From contig JAEOTZ010000014.1 in NCBI GenBank assembly GCA_016839585.1, forward strand, positions 1 to 64,000: 64,000 nt of DNA, in the 5' to 3' direction. The DNA is from Promethearchaeota archaeon (GTDB lineage: Archaea > Asgardarchaeota > Lokiarchaeia > Sigyniarchaeales > SOKP01). Below the pieces are notes generated by a model, which worked only from the letters and a program-made list of their open reading frames with translations, did not search any database and was not told the DNA's origin. Shown in pieces: positions 1-10,149 of this stretch. Numbering within the stretch: the first letter of the stretch is position 1; every line of letters starts with the position of its first letter. The position numbers were made by a program, and so were the translations under genes.

Positions 1-350
1 GAAACAATGATATTAATAGAAATCACTATTATCCAAAAGAAAAAAAGGCTTCTTAAATAAAAGTCAAGCAATTCCTCAGTAATGTATAATTTGGGAGTCC
101 CTCTTTTTTTGTATATATTTGCTATATTTTCTGGAGAACCAATTTGGATTAAAGCTTGTCGGATATCTGCATTGGATGGCTCATATCCGTTTGCTATGAA
201 AATAGCTTCATTTAGGATTTGTTGCTTTAAGTCTTCTAAGATATTATGGACTTCATCTTCTTTCCATTTTAACCATTCAGGTAATTTTCTCTTAACTTGT
301 GTTAAAAAATCATCAATCAAAATGTCACCTTGATCATTCAATATTCTCAC
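1..350 (-). CDS. Partial (runs off window start) membrane protein with N-terminal HAAS/DUF1700-like helical domain
   Basis: Hand translation from GTG at 350 (or TTG at 341): ...IDDFLTQVKRKLPEW...NILEDLKQQI...IRQALIQIGSPENIA, then hydrophobic FFFWIIVISINIIV; frame open to the edge; not in ORF track. Confidence 0.6.
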   Translation of the reverse strand, partial: MRILNDQGDILIDDFLTQVKRKLPEWLKWKEDEVHNILEDLKQQILNEAIFIANGYEPSNADIRQALIQIGSPENIANIYKKRGTPKLYITEELLDFYLRSLFFFWIIVISINIIV

Positions 351-491
351 ATTTTTTATTAATTTGAGTTATATAAAAGTCACTTCAATATTATCTAGTT
401 AAAAAATAATTATAGTTTATTATTAAATTTAATATAGACCAATATTATAGTTATTATAGCTTAAAGTGATTATGGATAATGTCTATTTAAT

Positions 492-1940
492 TTGGATAAT
501 AAATTATATTCTATGAAAGATTTGATCAATAAGAAAAGAGAAAAATCAATCAAAAGAAAATTTGGTTCTCATTTAACTTCAATTGATATTTTTAATCAAT
601 TCGTATTACCTGATATTAAGAATCTATTATTAGATTATATTTGGATTGATCTATATGCTGGAGAAGGAAATCTAATACTACCTATATTAAATGAGATTTC
701 CTTAAATGAGAGAAAAGAATTTTTTAAAGATCATATATATTTGTTTGATGTTCAGCCCTCGATGGTAAAGAAATGTATAGTAAATGCAATTTCTTATGGG
801 ATTCCCGAATATCTGGCAAAAAATAATATTATACTACGAGATAATTTAGAGAATTTCCCTTCATTTTTAAAAGGAAAAAGTTTCCCAATATATCATATAA
901 CAAATCCCCCTTACTTATATTTAGGGTATATTCGAAAACATCAAGAAACCCAAAATTATCTTAAATATTTTGAAAATGAAAATGAAGGATATCAAGATTT
1001 ATACCAGATTGCTATGATAAATGACTTAAGAAACGAGATTGAAAATTTAATATACATAATCCCTACAAATTTTTTGTTTGGGGCATCAGTTTCCAATAAA
1101 TTTCGTCAAGATTTCTTAAAACATTATAAAATTCTCAAAATGGTAATATTTGAAACTAAAGTCTTTGAATATACAGGAACAAACATATGTATAGGATTTT
1201 TTAAAAAGAAAAGAGTATCTAAGGTAGAACCTGTGAAATTTGCTGGCTTAAAAATCAAAAAGCAAAATAAAATTCTAGAAAAAACCTACCGTTTAAAGCC
1301 ATACTACAATTATCGTGCTGGCTCTGAATTTGAAGAATTTCTTGATAAATATCGATCTCAAAATCCCCTAGTTGTAAAATATTATTTACTAAAAGATGAA
1401 ATATTAAAGAATAAAGGGAGCTATGAAATTAGAGTAATTGATGCTAATAATTATAAAAATAATGAATACCAAAAATTAATTCTTCATGTTAATCAAAATT
1501 TGAAACAGAAAATTGATTCTAATATTTTATACATTAAAACTGTTGATTCAGGAACATATGAAGGAAGGGTAGGGCTTGGCATTATAAATGAAGATTTCAA
1601 TGTTCAAGGAATATATGTATCATCAAACACTTATCGCACTCATCCTATTCATATCTTTCTTGACTCAAAATTGTCTATAGAAGATCAAATTCTGTTGAAA
1701 AATTATTTTAATTTTATTTTAGAATCTTTTAGAGAAAAGTTAGATAGTGAATTTTTAACCACATATAAGTATTCAAAAGCAAAATATACGAGAAAATATT
1801 TAGGGTTGACCCAAGTTAGAAAACTAATTGAAACATTTCCTCCTATACAGGATATTGATTTAGTGAATAAGAAAGAATTGAAGAATTTGATAGAAGACAA
1901 GGATTTTAACGGAATTTTAAGAAAGATAAAAACTTTATAA
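492..1940 (+). CDS. N6-adenine/N4-cytosine DNA methyltransferase (gamma-type motif order), orphan
   Basis: SAM-binding motif I DLYAGEGN followed by catalytic motif IV ITNPPY. Confidence 0.8.
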   Translation: MDNKLYSMKDLINKKREKSIKRKFGSHLTSIDIFNQFVLPDIKNLLLDYIWIDLYAGEGNLILPILNEISLNERKEFFKDHIYLFDVQPSMVKKCIVNAISYGIPEYLAKNNIILRDNLENFPSFLKGKSFPIYHITNPPYLYLGYIRKHQETQNYLKYFENENEGYQDLYQIAMINDLRNEIENLIYIIPTNFLFGASVSNKFRQDFLKHYKILKMVIFETKVFEYTGTNICIGFFKKKRVSKVEPVKFAGLKIKKQNKILEKTYRLKPYYNYRAGSEFEEFLDKYRSQNPLVVKYYLLKDEILKNKGSYEIRVIDANNYKNNEYQKLILHVNQNLKQKIDSNILYIKTVDSGTYEGRVGLGIINEDFNVQGIYVSSNTYRTHPIHIFLDSKLSIEDQILLKNYFNFILESFREKLDSEFLTTYKYSKAKYTRKYLGLTQVRKLIETFPPIQDIDLVNKKELKNLIEDKDFNGILRKIKTL

Positions 1941-1958
1941 ATAGTTTTTAATCTATTT

Positions 1959-2831
1959 TTATATACTTGCTAATATAAAGGCAATTAATCCAAGAAAGGC
2001 TCCAATTTTTAACAATAAACTAATTTTTGAAAAGTCTTTTTTTACTAAATTCTTTTTTAACATTAAAATTATAACAAAAATGACAATAACCAATCCACAA
2101 ATCATAGAAATTAGGAATAAAAGGGGATTTATAATTGGAGTGAAAAGGGGCAATATGAAAAATAAGATTGCCAATAAAGCAGAAATCATGGAAATTAATG
2201 TTGCCTTCTTTATTCCTATTTGAATAGCTAGCGTTTTTACATCTTGTTCTTTGTCACCTTCAATATCTTCACAACCCTTAATTATTTCACGAGCAAGTAA
2301 TAAAAAAAAGCTTGTTAAGAAAAAGAAATAAATATATGATGGAACAGCTGAATTATTTAAGACGGCACCATAAATCAAGCCTATTGAAAATGATACACTA
2401 ACAATAATATTTCCAAAAAAACCACTTTTTTTCCCCCAAGCAGCGTAAAGCCATCCAATAAAGCCAAAAAAAACTGCCAAAATTATATTAAGAAACCCTA
2501 GTTCGAATATAAAACTATGAATAATGGAAATTATGATTCCTATAATCAAATATCCAAAAAACAAATATTTTGCTTGTTTTAATGTGATAGATCCTCTTGG
2601 AATTGGTCTTTCTGGCCTGTTTATTTTGTCAATTTCAATATCATAGATATCATTGATTACCATTCCAGAACCGGCAATAAAGAAATATGTTAGGATGCCT
2701 AAGATAATATTAAAAACTACAATTTCAGCATTTATCCCCACACGAGTATTAAGTATTCCAATAATAACCGTGAGTGAACCCATTATATCATTAATAGGTC
2801 TAAGAATTTCAAAAGCATCCTTAAATTTCAT
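1959..2831 (-). CDS. Digeranylgeranylglyceryl phosphate synthase (UbiA family)
   Basis: NDIYDIEIDKINRPERPIPRG and REIIKGCEDIEGD motifs, multiple TM helices, adjacent to GGGPS. Confidence 0.9.
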   Translation of the reverse strand: MKFKDAFEILRPINDIMGSLTVIIGILNTRVGINAEIVVFNIILGILTYFFIAGSGMVINDIYDIEIDKINRPERPIPRGSITLKQAKYLFFGYLIIGIIISIIHSFIFELGFLNIILAVFFGFIGWLYAAWGKKSGFFGNIIVSVSFSIGLIYGAVLNNSAVPSYIYFFFLTSFFLLLAREIIKGCEDIEGDKEQDVKTLAIQIGIKKATLISMISALLAILFFILPLFTPIINPLLFLISMICGLVIVIFVIILMLKKNLVKKDFSKISLLLKIGAFLGLIAFILASI

Positions 2832-2857
2832 ATCAAAATCACCTAAATTGAAAAGAT

Positions 2858-3676
2858 TTACTTTTTAATATAATTTTTATTTAGAGATTTTCCTGCATCC
2901 TTAATCTCATCAATAATAACTTTTAAAGAAGAACCATTATCGTATAATATATTATTTTCAAGAAAAGTGCCCATAACAATGATATCTGCTCCAGCTTCTA
3001 TAAATGCTCTTGCGTCCTCCTTATTATCAACCCCCCCTCCTGCTATTATTGGAATATTTAATACTTGCGAACAGACTTTTATATGATCTGTTGGAATTAT
3101 TTCACTACCTGAACCTGCCTCCAAATATACGAGCTTGAATCCATACATCTCTGCTGCTAATGAATATGCAGCAGTTAATTTTGGTTTATTTCGAGGTATT
3201 AATCTCGCATTTCCAATCCATCCAGCACTAGCTCCTGGTTCTATGATTAAATATCCCATTGAAATATATTCTAATTTCACCATTTTAATTGTGTACGAAA
3301 CAAGTGCTTGTTGACCAATAATAAAATAAGGGTCTGAGGAGTTTAATAAAGACATGAAAAATATGGCATCAGCATATTGAGAAACATTACTAATACCTCC
3401 TGGGAAAATAATTATTGGTACATTTACATTTTCTTTGATAGAAGAGATTGTTTTATCCACAAATACTTGATCAAATACAGTACTCCCTCCTATTAATATT
3501 GCATCTGTTCCCGCTTCTTCAGCATACTTTGCGATCTTTGCTGCTTTATTAGGACCTTGTCTTAATGGGTCTGGATCTATAAGAGAAAAATGTAATGCTC
3601 CTTCATTATTAATTTTATTAATGATATAGTTATATGTACTGTTTTCTATATATTCATCTACTAAAATATCAACCAT
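2858..3676 (-). CDS. Geranylgeranylglyceryl phosphate synthase (group II GGGPS/PcrB family)
   Basis: LIDPD, IGGS, FPG, SLLNS, YLEAGSG and GGG motifs. Confidence 0.92.
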   Translation of the reverse strand: MVDILVDEYIENSTYNYIINKINNEGALHFSLIDPDPLRQGPNKAAKIAKYAEEAGTDAILIGGSTVFDQVFVDKTISSIKENVNVPIIIFPGGISNVSQYADAIFFMSLLNSSDPYFIIGQQALVSYTIKMVKLEYISMGYLIIEPGASAGWIGNARLIPRNKPKLTAAYSLAAEMYGFKLVYLEAGSGSEIIPTDHIKVCSQVLNIPIIAGGGVDNKEDARAFIEAGADIIVMGTFLENNILYDNGSSLKVIIDEIKDAGKSLNKNYIKK

Positions 3677-3705
3677 TTATTTCACATCTTTAATTTTACT
3701 TAATT

Positions 3706-5088
3706 TTATTTATTAATTATCATTCTTTCGATTTTATTATAGACTTCTAAAACTTTTTGTTTCCAATCTGGAAATATATCAGGATTTTGTGGGAAATTTT
3801 TATAAAGATTTGAAATTTCATTCATCCGTATTCTAAGATAATTTAAATCTAATAACAAGTTAGGACGAGAAATACCCTTAAAAGCTTTTGTTACCATACT
3901 AATTAAAGAGGTATTTAGTCCACCAGTTGAAGAAATCTCTAATATTTCTTCTCCACTTAATAGATCACGTTCCAATCCAAAATTTAAATCTTCATTTGAA
4001 AGAACTTGGAGAACTCTTCTTAATAAATCTAATGAAGCAAATTCCGTTCCAAAACTTGTCATTACTTTATAATTATAATCCCATAATTTATTTAATGAAT
4101 GATCTTCATCTTCAATTGCTCTTATTGCTGTATTTGCAGCATGTAATCCTGCTCTCATTGATGGATCTATCCCACCACCATGAAGTGGATTAACTTGACA
4201 TGCAGCATCACCTACAAACATAATGCCATTATCAGCACAAGACCATAATGGCCTTCTTACAGGTGCTATACCTCCTCCCGTCGAAATTATCTCAAATTTT
4301 GAAGTCTTTATGAAATTATTAAATATATTTTGTCTATAAAGTTCCTTTACTTTACCACCATAATCCATGAATACACCTAGACCGATATTAACTGAGGATT
4401 CATTTTTTGGAAAATACCATATATATCCTCCAGGAGCTTTTTCCTGATCTAAAATAATAGTAATGTATTCAGAATCTTTTACTTGTAGATCTTTTGGTGA
4501 AAATTTCACAATCTCACGATAACATAATATAACATCTTGTTTAGAGATCTCTTTTTCAACTAGTGAGCTCTTTACCTTTTTTCGCAATTGTGTATTATAC
4601 CCACTTGCATCAATTACTATTTTTGATTTAAGATCGATTTTTTCTCCGTTTTTTAACCGAACTTTTACTCCTGTAACATGATCATTAGTATATAATAAAT
4701 CTAATGCCAAAGTATTGTCTAAAAATTGAGCTACTCCAGCATCTAGAGCTTCATTTAATAATCTTTGACCAAATTCTAATCTATTTATTATATAACCTGC
4801 TTGTTTTGGATCTACTAATGTAATACATTTCTTAAGGTTAGGAGAATAAATTTTTGCCCCCTTTATTAAACAAGATAATTCTTCATTCTTTGGATGGTTT
4901 ATGTTTAAAAAGTCGAATATTTCGTTTCCTACAGCGTCTCCACATATTTTATCTCCAATTTGACTCGTTTGCTTTCTGTCAATTAAACATACACTTAACC
5001 CTTTTTTAGCAACAAACCTAGCTGCAATAGTTCCGGCAGTGCCTGCTCCAACCACTACAACATCAAAGAGTTTTTGTAGGTTTTCCAT
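3706..5088 (-). CDS. Geranylgeranyl reductase (digeranylgeranylglycerophospholipid reductase family)
   Basis: GAGTAG FAD motif, KICGDA, PGGYIWYFP, GDAACQVNPLHGGGI. Confidence 0.9.
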   Translation of the reverse strand: MENLQKLFDVVVVGAGTAGTIAARFVAKKGLSVCLIDRKQTSQIGDKICGDAVGNEIFDFLNINHPKNEELSCLIKGAKIYSPNLKKCITLVDPKQAGYIINRLEFGQRLLNEALDAGVAQFLDNTLALDLLYTNDHVTGVKVRLKNGEKIDLKSKIVIDASGYNTQLRKKVKSSLVEKEISKQDVILCYREIVKFSPKDLQVKDSEYITIILDQEKAPGGYIWYFPKNESSVNIGLGVFMDYGGKVKELYRQNIFNNFIKTSKFEIISTGGGIAPVRRPLWSCADNGIMFVGDAACQVNPLHGGGIDPSMRAGLHAANTAIRAIEDEDHSLNKLWDYNYKVMTSFGTEFASLDLLRRVLQVLSNEDLNFGLERDLLSGEEILEISSTGGLNTSLISMVTKAFKGISRPNLLLDLNYLRIRMNEISNLYKNFPQNPDIFPDWKQKVLEVYNKIERMIINK

Positions 5089-5153
5089 GTTAGTTAATTA
5101 AATTACTTTTTTTAAAATAATTATAATAGTTAAATAAAAAATGGTAAATAGTG

Positions 5154-5966
5154 TTAGATAAGAGTTAGAAGATAAATAATCAATGTACTGCCTATTGGAA
5201 CTGTTAAATCATCATAAGTGCTAGGAGTCAATAGTTCAATTACAGTTGCTATTGAACTTGTAATTAAAGAATATATTAAAATCGTTTCAAAAGTTAATGA
5301 CTTTTGTATGTCAGGAAAAAGTAAACCGAATAGGAAAAAGGAGAGAAAACACAATAAAAATGCTGTTCCAAAGAAAGTTAGTGATCCTTCAAGAGTTCTA
5401 CTTGAATTTGTCCAAGCAAAGCTGATTTTTACTTTCCCCCAACGCTTACCAATTACAGAAGCAAGAGTATCAGCAATTATCATTAGTAATATACCCGCTA
5501 TTGGAAAATAAAATTGTTCAGGAGCAAAAATTGCAAAAATAAAAACTAATGATGTAATTGAGAGACAATAGAAAAAAGGTCCTTGTAAATACCCAACTTT
5601 TTCTTCTGCTTCCTCACCAATTGCATCATAAAGTTCTCTTAATTGTTTTACTTTTGATTCTTTTGAGCTAAAAAATACTAACACTGTGAGGGACCCTGCA
5701 ATAATTGCTGGCCAAAAAGGCCAAAAATAAAATGGAGCAGATAATATAGACAAACCAGCAAACATATGTACAGCTTTTCTTGCGGTAAATTTAGTAATTT
5801 TATCTTTTTTCTTCAAAATTAGTGGAATAAAGATTGTTAAAAGTATGTATATATATGCTAATAAGACAACAAATAAATCTAAAAAAAACCATGAAATTGC
5901 CATTGACGAATCATTACTCTTTATTAATATGCGAGTAAAGTATTCCTTTTTTAATAAGGTTTTCAA
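5154..5966 (-). CDS. CTP-dependent isoprenoid-alcohol kinase-like membrane protein (SEC59/DGK1/VTE5 family); true start may be the internal MAISWF
   Basis: RKAVHM, ADTLASVIGKRWG, RTLEGS and YDDLTVP motifs; polytopic. Confidence 0.75.
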   Translation of the reverse strand: MKTLLKKEYFTRILIKSNDSSMAISWFFLDLFVVLLAYIYILLTIFIPLILKKKDKITKFTARKAVHMFAGLSILSAPFYFWPFWPAIIAGSLTVLVFFSSKESKVKQLRELYDAIGEEAEEKVGYLQGPFFYCLSITSLVFIFAIFAPEQFYFPIAGILLMIIADTLASVIGKRWGKVKISFAWTNSSRTLEGSLTFFGTAFLLCFLSFFLFGLLFPDIQKSLTFETILIYSLITSSIATVIELLTPSTYDDLTVPIGSTLIIYLLTLI

Positions 5967-6212
5967 TAACCTTATATTTCTTACATTTCCGAATATGAAA
6001 TGTTATAAAAAAACAAAATTGTTAAAAATGTTCCCTTTTGGGTTTTAAATTTGATACTGGTGGAACATGATTAAACATCCATTTTTTTAATGTGGGATAT
6101 CGATACTAATGATTCGGTTTTTTTGCGTAAATATAATTTTTTCATGATTTTTTAATTAAAATTTTTATTATATCGCAAATTTCCTTTTCTAAAAAATAGA
6201 AAATTATAATAA

Positions 6213-8885
6213 ATGTCAAAAAAAGCATTTGGTTCGGGTTATTTTGGTGAATGGATTGAAGATGAGTTTGGATTACCTGCCTATCGATATACATGTGATC
6301 AAATAAACGATCCAAAGGCGATTACTCCTATAAATGAAGTGTGGCACTCCAAAAATGACCATTGGCACCAAGTAGGAAACGATCGTTTAGTTGCTTTAGC
6401 ATCGAATTATGGTTATATCCAAGTACGTCAAGATGAGGGAAGTCCTAAATTTCTTAATGAATTTGACCCCGATCATGGACATTATGCAGGAGGTTTTGGT
6501 TATCTGGTAGATGGAAACCAATATATTAGCACATTTTATCCTGGAAATGGAGATTTTTTTGAACGAATTTTTGGGATTGGTTATATTCGGAAAAAAGTAT
6601 CAAAAATAGGTTTAATTGTCGATCAAGTTGTATTTGCTCCCTATGGAGATGATCCTATCTTGATCTCGCAAATAACAGTGAAAAATAATCGTAATAAACG
6701 AGCTAATCTTCGCTGGATTGAATATTGGGGTTGCCATATGTATCAATTTTCGCCAGATGCATATCTTAATGCTATGAATGAAAAAAATGTATCCCTTACC
6801 AGAAGATATCGTCAAGAATTCAGTGAACAGTTTACTCATGAATTTAAATTATTAAATGGTAATGGGGGTCTTATAGAATCAAAATTTTTTAAGGATCGAA
6901 AAGATGAGAAAAAATCTACCACTCCCAAAGCCGTAATTAGAGATATGAACCCCCCTATGACATTTCTTATATCATTGGATACAAAAGCAGATGGATTTAG
7001 TATGGATTCATCTTCTTTTTTTGGAAAAGGAGGTGTAGAATCACCAGATGGTCTAAAAAAGTCTTTGGATTCAAGTATTACTCTTTCTGATGATAAGAGT
7101 GCTATGCTTCTTGAGCGTAAAATACAATTAAATCCCAATGAGAATAAAACTATGTATTTTGCCTATGGCTATATCCCCGAAGGATTCGAGATTGATTCTC
7201 TTCTCAATAAATATAAAAAAGATTTAAATCAAATATGGGCAACTTCATGTCAACATTGGAAAAAAAATCGAATTGATTTAGTGATTCCAGATGATCCATG
7301 GGTAACACGTGAATTATTATGGCATAATTATTACTTACGTGGGAGTATGACCTATGATAGTTATTTTAAAGAACATATTCTTTCACAAGGACAGGTATAT
7401 CAATATATCATAGGATTTCAAGGTGCGTTACGTGATCCTATGCAACATGTTTTACCATTTATATATAGTCAACCTGAAATCGTTAAAAATATCATAAGAT
7501 ATATTTTGAAAACTATAAAACCAAATGGAGAAATACCCTATGGTATTATGGGTAGTGGAATGATATTGCCTGTTCCCTATAAGCCTTCTGATCAACAGAT
7601 GTGGTTACTATGGTTAGTGAGTGAATATATTCTTGCAACTAGAGATATTGATTTCCTTGACGAAAAAGTACCAATTTATCCGGTTTATGGAAGAAATGTG
7701 ATTAGGAATACTATAAAGGATTTGTTATTATCATGTTATAGTTATTTTACCGAAATTCTTGGAACAGCGGGACATGGTCTTCAGCGAATATCCAATGGTG
7801 ACTGGAATGATGGTGTTATTATCGGATATATTTCAGAAGAAAAACAAGATGATGTTATAAAACATGGAGAAAGTGTATTAAATGCTGCCATGGCATCATT
7901 CGTCCTTAGAATTTTTGGAGAGATGTTGAAATTTATTGGTGATACTGAAAATTCAGAAAAAGTAATCCAATATGCTAATGATCAAAGGCAAGCAGTCCAT
8001 GTTCAATGGAACGGGAAATGGTTTAAACGTGCTTGGCTATCAGAGGATATCGGATGGGTTGGAGAAGATCAATTATGGCTTGAACCTCAACCTTGGGCGA
8101 TTATTGGAGGAGCGGCAAATTTAGATCAAATGAAAATATTAGTGGAATCAATAGATGAGTTATTACGCCAGCCTTCGAAAATTGGAGCAAGACTTCTAAG
8201 TAAGGGTATTAAAACAATGGAAAGAGAATTAGGAATGAGAGTGAATGGGGGAATATGGCCTTCAATAAATGGTACATTAATTTGGGCTTTGTCCTTGGTT
8301 GATAGGAATATGGCTTGGGATGAATGGAAAAAAAATACACTCGCATTCCATGCAGAAAATTATCCTGAAGTATGGTATGGAATCTGGAGCGGTCCGGATG
8401 TTTACAATTCTGATCTATCAAATTTTCCTGGTCAAACGCATTTCAGTAAAGAATTAATTAGTAGCAATAAAAAAGAGGGAGAACCTATATATGATGAAAC
8501 TTTTGGGGTGAATTGGACAGACTTTCCAATTATGGATCTACATCCCCATGCATGGCCTATATACAATACAATTCATCTCATTAGCGCAAAATTTACTCTT
8601 GAAGGTGTAGAGTTGACACCAATACTACCTAAAGATGAATATAAGTTTTCTTCTCCGATTTTAGGATTTGAAAAATCAAAAAAAGGATATTTCGGTTGGT
8701 ATAGTCCCCTTGTTGAGGGTATATGGATGATCTCATTAACACTTGAAAGAGAAGATTTACAGGCAAGATTATCTTTAAAGATTAATGATAAAGAAGAAAA
8801 AGTTGTTATAGAGGATGGGAAAATAACTTTTCGTGGTGGGAGCAAACCAAATAAGCCATTAAGATGGGAGGTTATGAAGTATTAG
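6213..8885 (+). CDS. GH94-like glycoside phosphorylase/hydrolase
   Basis: GALRDPMQ, NGDWNDG and NGGIW motifs; 890 aa. Confidence 0.65.
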   Translation: MSKKAFGSGYFGEWIEDEFGLPAYRYTCDQINDPKAITPINEVWHSKNDHWHQVGNDRLVALASNYGYIQVRQDEGSPKFLNEFDPDHGHYAGGFGYLVDGNQYISTFYPGNGDFFERIFGIGYIRKKVSKIGLIVDQVVFAPYGDDPILISQITVKNNRNKRANLRWIEYWGCHMYQFSPDAYLNAMNEKNVSLTRRYRQEFSEQFTHEFKLLNGNGGLIESKFFKDRKDEKKSTTPKAVIRDMNPPMTFLISLDTKADGFSMDSSSFFGKGGVESPDGLKKSLDSSITLSDDKSAMLLERKIQLNPNENKTMYFAYGYIPEGFEIDSLLNKYKKDLNQIWATSCQHWKKNRIDLVIPDDPWVTRELLWHNYYLRGSMTYDSYFKEHILSQGQVYQYIIGFQGALRDPMQHVLPFIYSQPEIVKNIIRYILKTIKPNGEIPYGIMGSGMILPVPYKPSDQQMWLLWLVSEYILATRDIDFLDEKVPIYPVYGRNVIRNTIKDLLLSCYSYFTEILGTAGHGLQRISNGDWNDGVIIGYISEEKQDDVIKHGESVLNAAMASFVLRIFGEMLKFIGDTENSEKVIQYANDQRQAVHVQWNGKWFKRAWLSEDIGWVGEDQLWLEPQPWAIIGGAANLDQMKILVESIDELLRQPSKIGARLLSKGIKTMERELGMRVNGGIWPSINGTLIWALSLVDRNMAWDEWKKNTLAFHAENYPEVWYGIWSGPDVYNSDLSNFPGQTHFSKELISSNKKEGEPIYDETFGVNWTDFPIMDLHPHAWPIYNTIHLISAKFTLEGVELTPILPKDEYKFSSPILGFEKSKKGYFGWYSPLVEGIWMISLTLEREDLQARLSLKINDKEEKVVIEDGKITFRGGSKPNKPLRWEVMKY

Positions 8886-10134
8886 AGTAGGGATAATTGG
8901 ATGTGGTGATATCTCAAATTTAAATGTATTAGGATATCTCCATTCACAAGATACTGAACTTGTTGCTGTTTCTGATACAGATATTAAAAGGGCTGGTGAA
9001 AAACTTGAACGATGGGGATTAAGAACCGTAAAGATTTATACAGACTATAAAAAAATGATTGATCATGAAGATTTAGACATTGTAGAAATTTTAACTCCAC
9101 ATCATTTACATGCTGCAATGACAGAATACTGTGCAAGAGCAGGAGTACCTGGTATTTCAGTTCAAAAACCTCTTGCTCATACAATTTTAGATTGCGAAAA
9201 GATGATTCAAGTATGTAAAAAAGAGAACGTAAAATTAAAATTATATGAAAATTTCCGGTTTTACCCGATTTATCTAAAAGCAAAAGAATTATTGAATAGT
9301 GGAATCATTGGCGAATTATTAAATTTCAGGATTAACACTCTTGCGGCAGGAGGACCGAGTATGTATGTTCATCTTAAATCTTATAAATGGCGAACAGATA
9401 CCGAAACGTGTGGTGGACTTCCTTATATTTATGATGATGGTATTCATAAATTTTCAATGGCACTTTGGTTAATGAACCAAGAAAGATTTGAGAAGGTATT
9501 TAGTTGGATAGATTATTTTAATGGAACCCAAGATATCCCCAGTTATGTTCTTTGGAAATATCCAAAAATATATTCAGATGATCCCCCGAAATATGGAATT
9601 ATGGAAATTACCTTGGCTCCAAATCTATATTATCCAAGTAATTATTATTATTGTGATGAGTTTATTGAAATATCTGGCTCAAAAGGAATAATGTGGATTA
9701 ATCAATGTACCTGTGGAGGAAATTTTGTTTCAAAAAGCCCACAATATCCTCCTATCGTTGTTTATATTGATGGAGAGGTTAAAACATATGGAAATAAGCT
9801 TCCAAGAGATTGGAGGTATTCTTTTATAAATTCTACTGAACATTTTATAAATGTTGTCAAGAAAGGGGGAACACCAATATATACAGGAGAACAAGGAAAA
9901 AATCTGTGTATTTGCGCAAAAATGCCTTATATTTCTCAACAGCAAAAAAGATCTGTTTTTTGGGAAGAAATCACAATAGAAAGTGAAAAGGATCGTTCCT
10001 GTATAGTAGAAACTCCTAAGGAAATGGATCCCTCAAAATTACATAAATATTATAGCAGAAAAAGGAACGATTTGAGAAAAGGTATTAAAGAGGGTTTAAT
10101 CCATAAAGAATTCAAATATCAATATGAGGATTAA
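8881..10134 (+). CDS. Gfo/Idh/MocA NAD(P)-dependent oxidoreductase; extended 58 codons upstream of the ORF-track start (candidate ATT start)
   Basis: Open frame from 8881 encodes IRVGIIGCGDISNLNVLGY (Rossmann); later TPHHLH, QKP, YENFRF; paralog of 10150..11274. Confidence 0.85.
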   Translation: MRVGIIGCGDISNLNVLGYLHSQDTELVAVSDTDIKRAGEKLERWGLRTVKIYTDYKKMIDHEDLDIVEILTPHHLHAAMTEYCARAGVPGISVQKPLAHTILDCEKMIQVCKKENVKLKLYENFRFYPIYLKAKELLNSGIIGELLNFRINTLAAGGPSMYVHLKSYKWRTDTETCGGLPYIYDDGIHKFSMALWLMNQERFEKVFSWIDYFNGTQDIPSYVLWKYPKIYSDDPPKYGIMEITLAPNLYYPSNYYYCDEFIEISGSKGIMWINQCTCGGNFVSKSPQYPPIVVYIDGEVKTYGNKLPRDWRYSFINSTEHFINVVKKGGTPIYTGEQGKNLCICAKMPYISQQQKRSVFWEEITIESEKDRSCIVETPKEMDPSKLHKYYSRKRNDLRKGIKEGLIHKEFKYQYED

Positions 10135-10149
10135 TTACACGAATAAAAT

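Noticed and set aside
8875-8877. In-frame TGA just before the oxidoreductase as a possible Sec codon
   Set aside because: It lies upstream of the conserved fold, not at a Cys-equivalent position, and I saw no SECIS-like element; no selenoprotein gene was found in this window
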